Notes under the pieces: model-generated
Seen by the model: the letters and a program-made list of their open reading frames with translations, nothing else
Databases searched by the model: none
What the model was told of the DNA's origin: nothing
Origin: Octopus sinensis
Lineage: Eukaryota
DNA: 64,000 nt
Assembly (NCBI RefSeq): GCF_006345805.1
Contig: NC_043001.1
Location: 36,766,001-36,830,000, forward strand
Direction of reading: 5' to 3'
Made by a program: the position numbers and the translations under genes
In this document: one piece after another, positions 54,079-64,000 of the stretch
Layout of the letters: every line of letters starts with the position of its first letter
Numbering within the stretch: position 1 is the stretch's first letter

Positions 54079-54876
54079 TATATATATGTTTCGTCTCTTC
54101 ATCTTCAGATAATCCCAGTTGCCTACACTTTGTGAGTTAATATCATGAGAAAAATTATGGACAACTTTTAAAAAATTTCTAAATATATTTTGAAGTTCAG
54201 TTCATTGAAACAGAGGTAACATGAAACTATTTTCCTTGTCACGCTTCTCATAACACTATATTACTATTTTAAGGTCACTGCGGGCACAAAATTCACTGAA
54301 CATTTAATCTTTTCAAACTGCCTACTTGACTTACTACGTTTTTAGTTTCAATCAGAATTAAAAAATCATTTTAAAATTCTCTCCCTGTTTCCATTCTCCC
54401 TCTATTCCCCCTACTCTTTCTTTCGATTGCGCTCGCTCTCTCTCTCCGTCTTTCTTTCCTTCTCTCTTCCCTCCTCTCTCTTTCACTTTCTTTCTCTATC
54501 TTTCTTTTTCTCTTCTTCTCTCTCTCTTTCTCGATTTCTGTCTTGTCACCTCACCTATTTTTTAATTATTTTTTATGTTAATTTATTTCTTTGTTTTTCA
54601 CGAAATCAAATAAGTAGAAATGAGAAAGCGGAACCAAACTGTAAGCCAGATGTTCAGCAGTGATATGACCACTTCTACTGACCTACCAACGGAAGGGCTT
54701 TATGGTTCAACATCGAAACACCCGATGATCGTTGGATACCATCTGATGTCATTAACTCATAATGGTGAAAGCTACATTCATCAAAGATGGATGAAGAAGC
54801 ATCTGCTTTTAAATGTTATCAGTGTCAGACCTGTTGGTATAACATTCCCTCATTGAGGCTTTTTGCCAAACAAATT

Positions 54877-55145
54877 TCAGGTCAGGTCAGGTCAGGTCAG
54901 ATGAGGGACCATGTACCATTCACTATTTGTCAGTATATTCCCAGATCCCAATCAGTTCCCCATCGCCGCGAGATAACTCCTCATCTGCCGTGACGGCGTG
55001 GCATATGGTCGACCAACACGAACCATCAGCCGGATTTTCTGAGAACAGAACACGATAAGCAGGGTCAAACTCGGAAAATCGAGCAACGTGGCCAAACAGT
55101 CTGAGCTGGCGCTCCTGAATCATGCAAGTAACAGGACGCATCTAA
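54877..55145 (-). mobile_element. RTE-clade LINE 3' end
   Basis: IQERQLRLFGHVARF..DPAYRVL is an RTE-type C-terminal motif; followed by a short UTR and a (CTGAC)n tail. Confidence 0.8.
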
Positions 55146-55628
55146 GTTTCTGAGCAGAACCGTTGGCTGGATACTTTTAAAGTTCACTTTGCTTTTCAAT
55201 GGCTATTATCACAAAAGTCTCAAAAGTCTGACACTTCTCTACATTCTATTTTAAATTATTTTCAATTTACTTACAATTAGTGGTTATCTCCCCTAACTTT
55301 CTTGACCTTAATAAATCATTAAGTTAATCATCTTTTATCTTCCTTATTTAGAATCGTTACCGATTCTTGCAAGATGCTTCGCAGCATTTCTTCCGGTTCT
55401 TTATGTTCAGGGTTAAAATCTTGTCGAATCAACTTTGCCTTTCCCCCTTATGGGATCATTAAAGTAAAGTATCAGTCAAGTACTGGGGTCGATGTAAGCG
55501 ATTTGCTCCCAGTTCCCAAGATTGCTGGCCTTGTGTCAAAAATTGTAAAGAATGATAACAGCAGCAACAACTGTAGTAGTAGTAGTATTAGTAGTAGTAG
55601 TAGTAGTAGTAGCAGCAGCAGCAGTAGC

Positions 55629-55685
<57 letters not shown>

Positions 55686-55904
55686 TGTAGTCCGGCAAGC
55701 TAGATAACCAATGCACACTCAACACAAAATACAAGCAGTTATATAATAAAAGACTGTACCACACGTCAGGAGAAAGAAAAAATTAACACAGTACATTACC
55801 TGGGAAAAGTTTGCACACATCTAACAGCAGAATGCTGCACAAACCCCAGCAAGATGGAGGTGTAGCAGGTGATTTGCCTCAACCTACCAAATGTTGAATA
55901 GCTT

Positions 55905-56061
55905 TATAATGATAATAATAATATAATAATAATAATAATAATAATAATATAATAATATAATAGTAATAGTAATAGTAATAATAATAATAGTAATAATAAT
56001 AAAATAATAATAATAATAATAAATAATAATAATAATAATAATAATAAAATAATAATAATAA

Positions 56062-56129
<68 letters not shown>

Positions 56130-56149
56130 TAATAATAATAATAATAATG

Positions 56150-56185
<36 letters not shown>

Positions 56186-56194
56186 GTAATAGTA

Positions 56195-56242
<48 letters not shown>

Positions 56243-56271
56243 TAATAGTAATAGTAATAGTAATAGTAGTA

Positions 56272-56313
<42 letters not shown>
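55905..56313. repeat. Long (AAT)n array
   Basis: About 400 bp of imperfect AAT repeats; a (TAG)n/(CAG)n array lies at 55575-55690. Confidence 0.97.
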
Positions 56314-57118
56314 GACAAAGAAAAATCCCAGCAATGGTTGAGAAGCTCAGGACTCAAAGCAGAAACAGAGGGATTTTTAATTGCAGCACAAGACCAAAGC
56401 CTCCCCACCAGAAATTACCAAAAACATGTAATGAAAAGAAATATTACAAGTAACTGCAGAATATGTGGAGATGGACAAGAAACAATAAATCATATTATCT
56501 CTAGCTGCCCAGTCCTGGCTAAGAAGGAATATATTCACAGACATGACAGAGTTGGAACCTACATACATTGGAAGCTATGCCAACATTATGGAATAACAAC
56601 AGAAAAAAGATGGTATAGGCACACACCAGAAAAGGTCACAGAAAACGAGAAAGCAACCATACTCTGGGATATGCCGATACACACAGATAGAGAAATTAAG
56701 GCCAACAGACCAGATATAGTTGTCAGAGATCATGAAGAAAAAAAATGCTTTCTAATTGATGTATCAATACCGGCAGATGACAACGTGTCTCTAAAAGAAA
56801 TGGAGAAACTCTCAAAATACAAAGACCTGGAAATAGAGGTAACTAGAATGTGGAACCTGAAAACAGAAACAATTCCTATCATAGTAGGTGCATTAGGCAT
56901 GATAAAAAAATATTCAGACAAATACATAACAAAAACACCAGGACTTACAAACACATATAACATACAGAAAATTGCACTACTAGGAACTGCACACATCCTA
57001 CGCAGAACACTTTCCATACAATAACCATCAGAGCATCACAACAAATCACAGCACATACCCAAGGCACACAGAGCTGCGCTCGGTAGTGAAGTGAAGGCAC
57101 GCTATAAAAATAAAACTA

Positions 57119-57121
<3 letters not shown>
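56314..57121 (+). mobile_element. 5'-truncated R4/Dong-clade non-LTR retrotransposon with uninterrupted C-terminal ORF (to 57024)
   Basis: CRICGDGQETINHIISSC (CCHC), RHDRV, RPDIVV..FLIDV..K..KY (restriction-like endonuclease), LLGTAHILRR; (AAT)n on both sides. Confidence 0.95.
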
Positions 57122-57182
<61 letters not shown>

Positions 57183-57185
57183 GTA

Positions 57186-57216
<31 letters not shown>

Positions 57217-57231
57217 TATAATAATAATAAT

Positions 57232-59805
57232 TACGTTCTGAGTTCAAATTCCGCTGAGGTCGACTTTGCCTTTCCTCATTTCGGTGTCGATAAATTAAGT
57301 AACTCTTGAAAGCTGGGCTCGATGTAATCGACACATCCCCTCCCCCAAAATGGCTACCCTTGTGGCAAAATTTGAAACCATTATTATTATTGCTGTTGTT
57401 GTTACATGAGGCGGTGAGCTGGCAGAATCGTTAGCGCGCTTGACGAAATGCTTAGCGGTATTTCGCCCGCGGCTCTGAACTGAGTTCAAATTCCACCGAG
57501 GTCGACTTTGCCTTTCATCCTTTCGGGGATCGATAAAATAAGTACAAGTTGATGACTGAGCTCGATGTAATCGACTCATCCCCTTCCCCGAAATTGCTGC
57601 CCTTGTGGCAAAATCTGAAACTACTACTACTACTACTGCTTCTACTATTGTTATGACGCTAGTGGATGCTTATTTAATTAGCAGGTATTTTATCTTGAGG
57701 TTTAGTGTCAACAAATCTCTTCAAATCTCAAAACTTTTTTTTAGGATTCCGAAGGCAGAAAATGCGAGTTTCAATTTTAATCTCATTTAGTCTGTTAGGT
57801 AGCATTTTGGGTGCTTTGCCAACTGCAGCAATTACTGGAAGAATCGTTAGCAATTCCAAGTCAAACCAAATCTTCGAAAACCCATCCTATCGTTATAAGA
57901 AACGAAAAAAAAAAAAAAAAACGAAAAAAATACAATTAATTTTGACACAAAATTTGCGAAAAATAATATAGGTAGGGTACGGAAGTAAAGCCTCTCATCA
58001 TAGGAGTGTTCAAAGTTGAATCAAAGAACAAACTGGCGCTATAATATTCTTGCCGACACAATATTTACCCCAGATAGGCTATTCACCTCTTGTTCATATC
58101 CGACAGGTTATACTTTATACGAACATCAAAATGCTAAATGCATTCTAGAACCTACTCTTTAATACTGGTTTCAAATTTTAGTACAAGGCCCGCAATTTAC
58201 AGGGAGGAGTAAAGTCGATTATATTTTCCCCCACTGCTTAGCTGGTACTTATTTTAACGACTAGAAAGATAAAAGTCAAATTCGACCTCGGCGGAATTTG
58301 AGCTCAAAACAAAAAGACGGACGGAATGCCGCTAAACATTTTGTCCGGTGTGCTAAAGACTCTACCAGCTTGCCGCCATATAGGTTGTTTGATTTAAACA
58401 GTAGGTTCTTTCATCCTTTCGGGGTCGATAAAATAAGTACCATTTGAACTCTGGTGTCGATGTAATCGAATTATCCTCTCCTCTGAGAGTGCTGGTCTTG
58501 TACCAAAATTGGAAAATAATACTAAAGACTAGGTTTAAGGCGGGGAGCTGGTAGAATCGTTAGCGTGCCGGACAAAATGCTTAAGGCATTTCGCCCGTCT
58601 TTACGTTCTGAGTTCAAATTCCACCGAGGTTGACTTTACCTGTCATCCACTTGGGGGTCGATAAAATAAGTACCAGTTGAGTACTGGCGTTGATGTAATC
58701 GATTAACCCCCTCCTCCGAATGTGCTGGCCTTGATTCACAATTTGAAACAAATATTAACAACCTATGAACATTTTAATTGTGATCTGTGGAGCACCGTCT
58801 TACGATATCTGTTTGCTGTGTTTAGCAGTTTAATACCGTGCGGATGATAGAGGCTTGGAAAAAACGTTACTGTTTACTAAGCCCTGATGGTAGCACCGAG
58901 CCTCGAAACTCCACACAAGCATCATCGGCTGTTAGATGACGGTAGATTTAGATTGACGCTACGGCTTTCTGTGGGTGAGAGAAAGTTATAAGCATTATTA
59001 TGAACCTGAATAGGCGGAATGGGACGAGTGGACGCCAACGTTTTGATGCGGCTGTTTTTGCGATGGCATTTTTGACGATGAAAAATTTGGAAGACAGAGA
59101 CAGGGAGAGAAAGAAAGAGAGAGATGAAGGGAAGGAGAGAATGGATGAGAGAGAGAGAGAGAAAACGAGTTTATACATAGATACTGAACGTGAGTCAGAA
59201 GTAGAGGGTGAAGCAGAGAGAGGGGGACATGCTCTAAAATTGATTCTTTTCTACTCTAGGATCAAGGCCCGAAATTTGAGGGGAGGAAACCAATCGATTA
59301 GACTGACTCCAGTGCGTAACTGGTATTCAATTTATCGAGTCCGAAAGGATGAAAGGCGAAGTCGACCTCGACGGAATTTGAACTCAGAACGTAGCGGCAG
59401 ACGAAATACCTATTTCTTTACTACCCACAAGGGGCTAAACACAGAGGGGACACACAGAGACAGACAAACGGATTAATTCGATTACATCGACCCCAATGCG
59501 TAAATGCTACTTAATTTATCGACCCCGAAAGGATGAAAGGCAAAGTCAACCTCAACGGAATTTGAACTCAGAACGTTACGGCAGACGAACTACGGCTACG
59601 CACTTCGCCCGGCGTGCTAACGTTTCTGCCAGCTCACCGCATTATACACTAAAATTTATTTTTCTACTCTGCCACAAAGGTCCGAAATTTGGGGAGCGGG
59701 GGGTCAATTGATTAGATCGCCCCCAGTACGCAACAAAGGATGAAAGGCAAAGTCGACCTCGGAGGAATTTGAACTCAGAACGTAAACTCAGACGAAATAC
59801 CGATC
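57232..59805. mobile_element. Cluster of SINE-A copies in both orientations
   Basis: Plus strand: 57232-57380, 57408-57620, 58408-58520, 58536-58752. Minus strand: 58150-58380, 59262-59640 (dimer, junction 59410/11), 59660-59805. Confidence 0.88.
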
Positions 59806-59967
59806 CACTAAAATTTATTGAAATGAAAATAAGTTATGGTGTGGAGTTATCTCCCTCTACCTGACCAACAAGAAACAAAAACCTTTTCATTGTTAATGGC
59901 AAGAAACATCATACTGGAATATTAAATTTTATTGAAAAGTTTTACTTTATAATTATGGGCAAGCGCA

Positions 59968-60122
59968 GGAGTGTCTGTGTGGTAAGTAGCTTGCCTACAA
60001 GCACATGGTTCCGGGTTCTGTCTCACTGCGTGGTACCTGAAGCAAATGTCTTCTACTATAGACTCGGGCCGACCAAAGCCTTGTGAGTGGATTTAGCAGA
60101 TGGAAACTGAAATAAGACCGTC

Positions 60123-60218
<96 letters not shown>

Positions 60219-60625
60219 TATGTGTATATGTTTGTGTGTCAGTATTTGTTCTCCAGCCATCGCGCTTGACAACTGATAGTGGTGTGTTTACGTCCCCATA
60301 ACTTAGCGGATCGGCCAAAGTGAACGATAGAATAAGTACTTGGCTTACAAAGAATAAGTCCTGGGGTCGATTTGTTCGACTAAAGGTGATGCTCCAGCAT
60401 GGCAGCAGTCAATTGACTGAAACAAATAAAAGAATAAACTATTTTTTTGTTTTTGTTTTTTAGTTTTTTCGATATTTCATGCCCAACTATAAAAATAATA
60501 TGTTACGTGCAATAAAATGAAATATTACAAAGAATAAGTCCTGGGGTCGATTTACTCGACTAAAGGCGGTGCTCCAGCATGGCCACAGTCAAATGACTGA
60601 AACAAGTAAAAGAGTAAAAGAGTAA
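59968..60625 (+). mobile_element. SINE-B (59968-60440) plus a second isolated 3' module (60524-60625)
   Basis: B architecture with internal (TA)n(TATG)n; repeated ttacaaagaataagtcctggggtcg...aaaagagtaaaagag. Confidence 0.88.
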
Positions 60626-61251
60626 TAAAAAAAACAAAGGGTTGTGATGTCTCTTATGTAGAGTGACCAACTCAGACACTCTTTTATTGGTTTGGTAATA
60701 CATAAAATAAACTGGACTTGCCAGGGACCGAACAAAATGTCAGAAGTTCATCGGTAAACATGAACTGACCCACCTACCAGCCGGCCGTCTAACCAGTCTG
60801 TCTGACGTCTCTCTCACTCAAAGAACGTTGGAAAGTTAGCTTGAAAGAGAATTCTATGGATAACAGTGCAAACTTTGAAACCTAAAGTTAAGTTAGATTG
60901 ACAAGGCTGCGATCTCTCACTGAACCGCAAACAACGTCATAAGCGTTATCATTTCCACTGGAATGTATTTATATAACTGCGTTGTTAATAACATAACATG
61001 CAACACATTCCCTCCGGCGCGGTGTAGATAATGAAACTATTTGCAAACAGGATCGTCGCCTTACTCTATGTGAGACATTTAATAATGGAATTCCTGCTTT
61101 GTTTCGCCTTCTTTCTTCTTTTTTTTTTTTTTTTGGTTTTTCTAGAAAATATTTTCTATGACAAGAACGGGACTTGGATCATGAAAATTCATCACCTACC
61201 CCACCATTACTAGCATCATCATCATTATAATCATCATCATCATCGTCATCC

Positions 61252-61285
<34 letters not shown>

Positions 61286-61473
61286 CATCCTCCTCATCAT
61301 CATCATCATCATCATCACAAAAATCATCATTATTATCACCCACACTAATATTAAAACCACCATCATCACTTTTGCTATCATCAGCATTATCCTCAACATC
61401 ATCATCATCAGTAGCAGCATCGACAATACTATCACCATCATCACTATCATCATAAAAATAATAACTATTATTT

Positions 61474-61504
<31 letters not shown>

Positions 61505-61527
61505 TATTATTATTATTTATTATTATT

Positions 61528-62072
61528 GAGTGAGAGAGCAATAAATGCCATCAAGGTGTCACTGGGGTAAAATATACGAAGTCCATTATACCCATCATGA
61601 CTACCCATCTGATAAGGATACACCAGGCACATGCATCACAAGAATACGTGCGTGACATGGTGATCACATACCAAGATAAACAGCGCATGATCTTGCAGGT
61701 AGGGCCCAGTTAGAATTTTTTTCGGGTCGAGTAGCCCATCTCACTCAAAAAGTCCCTGAATAAGGTTTGTTTAAGGATGATGAACAAAACACCCATGTTT
61801 CCTGGGGTAAATGGAAATCCCAAAGAATTCCTCTCAACACATGGCTAAGATGCTCCCCCACTACTTCTGCTCGTGATCAGAGATGCACATATCGGTAGCT
61901 ACCAAAGGTCATGCTCATCTGGTTATGGTCAAACAACTAACAAGCAAATCTGTAGTATTGAGCAGAATGTTTTGTTGCCCATCTTTTATAAGACAAAACA
62001 ATGCACATGATAACACTTCCAATCAGTTAAGATCAAAATCCATGAGAGCCACTGTCTGGTACTGCAATTATT

Positions 62073-62104
<32 letters not shown>

Positions 62105-62121
62105 CATCATCATCATCATCA

Positions 62122-62154
<33 letters not shown>

Positions 62155-62733
62155 TATTATTTTATTATTATTATTATTTATTATTATTGAGTGAGAGAGC
62201 AGTAAATGCCATCAAGGTGTCACTGGGGTAAAATATACGAAGTCCATTATACCCATCATGACTACCCATCTGATAAGGATACACCAGGCACATGCATCAC
62301 AATAATATGTGCGTGACATGGTGATCACATACCAAGATAAACAGCGCATGATCTTGCAGGTGGGGCTCAGTTAGAATTTTCTTCAAGTCGAGTAACCCAT
62401 CTCACTCAAAAAGTCCCTGAATAAGGTTTGTTTAAGGATGATGAACAAAACACCCATGTTTCCTGGGGTAAATGGAAATCCCAAAGAATTCCTCTCAACA
62501 CATGGCTAAGATGCTCCCCCACTACTTCTGCTCGTGATCAGAGATGCACATATCGGTAGCTACCAAAGGTCATGCTCATCTGGTTATGGTCAAACAACTA
62601 ACAAGCAAATCTGTAGTATTGAGCAGAATGTTTTGTTGCCCATCTTTTATAAGACAAAACAATGCACATGATAACACTTCCAATCAGTTAAGATCAAAAT
62701 CCATGAGAGCCACTGTCTGGTACTGCAATTATT

Positions 62734-62765
<32 letters not shown>

Positions 62766-62779
62766 CATCATCATCATCA

Positions 62780-62847
<68 letters not shown>

Positions 62848-63177
62848 GAGTTAGAGATCATCGCATGCTATCAAAAGTTCTCTGAATAAGGTTTAAACAA
62901 AACACTCACTTTTCCAGCGGTGGTTTACTCACAAATCAAAGAATCCCTCTCAACACATGGCTATGATGCTTCCCTACTACTTCGTTCCTGATCAGAGATG
63001 TCCATATCGTCTGCCGGTAAGGGGTAGTTAAGTATCAAGCAACTGACAAGCAAATCTGTGGTATTGAGCAGAATATTTTTCTGCAGCCCAACATTTACAC
63101 CAAAACAAAACATGTACATGTTAACATTTCGAATTCGTTGAGATCAGAAGCCATGAGAGCCACTTCTTGGTATTGCA
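61528..63177 (-). mobile_element. Array of three copies of unclassified about 540-bp element X separated by (AAT)n/(GAT)n
   Basis: Copies 61528-62066, 62189-62727 (661-bp period) and a diverged, internally deleted copy 62848-63177; same ends in all three; orientation inferred from the (AAT)n tail. Confidence 0.85.
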
Positions 63178-63184
63178 TATTAAT

Positions 63185-63840
63185 TGGGCTGCACTATTTA
63201 ACTGTACTACCATGCGCAGCTTAAGTGCTTTGGGTGTTTGTAGTGTTTTGTTTTTGTTGGTTTTTAGTGTAATGAAACAAACTTGCCGAGCCTGGGTGAG
63301 GTGCCTAGCATTGTTATCTTCTGTATGTTGTGCATGTATATAAATCCTGGCGTTTTGTTAAGTATGTGTTGCTCCATAATTTATCATTCCGAAGGCACCG
63401 ATTTTAATAGGGATTTTTTAGACCCCTTCTTCGGGTTATCTTTGTTCTCAGATATTTATACTTGGATAATTTCCGCTCCGATTAGAGGCTATTTTTTTCT
63501 TGGTGATCCTTTACAACAATATCTGGTCGATTAGGTTTGATATCTCTGCTCTGATGTGTATCTAAAATATGATCCCGTTATTATTCACATTAGTATTTCA
63601 TAGACTCCCATAAGACCAATTTTTTTTAAAGTCACAACTCGGTCGTCCATATATTTATATTTTTTATGGCTAAGAATGGACAGTCAGAAACAATTTACTT
63701 GCTGTATTTGATGGCATAGAAAACTCTTGGGCACATTAGATGCACACCAATCTTATTCAGGGGCACTAAAACATGTAATATAGGCCCAACTCAGCAAGAA
63801 GAAGCTGATTGTTTTAGGCATTTTGGATAGAGAATAAGTA
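63185..63840 (-). mobile_element. Old degenerate copy of the R4/Dong family seen at 56314
   Basis: Minus frames DIKPNRPDIVVKDHQEK, KLSKYK, TKTPGFIYMHNIQKITMLGT; 3' UTR cacccaaagcacttaagctgcgcatggtagt parallels 57055-57090. Confidence 0.82.
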
Positions 63841-63930
63841 CGTCTTATTTCCTATTAAATGCGGTAGTTTTTTCTTACTCATCTGTATAAGTTTTGTAGT
63901 ACTGTACTCTGATTCATTATATACTTTTGG

Positions 63931-64000
63931 TAAGGCGGCGAGCTGGCAGAATCGTTAGCACACCGGGTGAAATGCTTAGCGGTATTTCGTCTGCCGATAC
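63931..64000 (+). mobile_element. SINE-A 5' end, cut by the window edge
   Basis: taaggcggcgagctggcagaatcgttagc. Confidence 0.9.

Noticed and set aside
61179-61541. Asp/Glu-rich acidic ORF on the minus strand
   Set aside because: A (CAT)n microsatellite merging into (ATT)n

Overview
Eukaryotic, AT-rich, repeat-saturated 64 kb window with one 100-N gap. It looks intronic or intergenic, and I cannot confidently identify any host protein-coding exon. The repeat content (very dense TA/TG/GA/AAT/CATA microsatellites plus four recurrent tRNA-headed SINE groups) suggests an Octopus-like coleoid cephalopod; this is inference from repeat style, not a database match. Nearly all long ORFs in the supplied track are microsatellite translations. 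Real coding remnants are all transposon-derived: three R4/Dong-clade restriction-like-endonuclease LINE pieces, two CR1-like pieces, one RTE 3' end, a Penelope-like ORF remnant, an internally deleted mariner and a DD37D/maT-like transposase remnant. The most interesting signals are: (1) two structurally complete type I hammerhead ribozymes on the minus strand (2874-2944, 51528-51617) with palindromic helix III, plus several decayed relatives; (2) SINEs whose heads and tails are combined interchangeably, and a SINE that recurs as a multimer with a fixed junction; (3) R4/Dong LINEs embedded in different microsatellites, next to an unclassified ~540-bp element arrayed in (AAT)n; (4) a 254-bp foldback hairpin and dense inverted SINE pairs that could form dsRNA. 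SINE-A/B/C/D and element X are my working labels.
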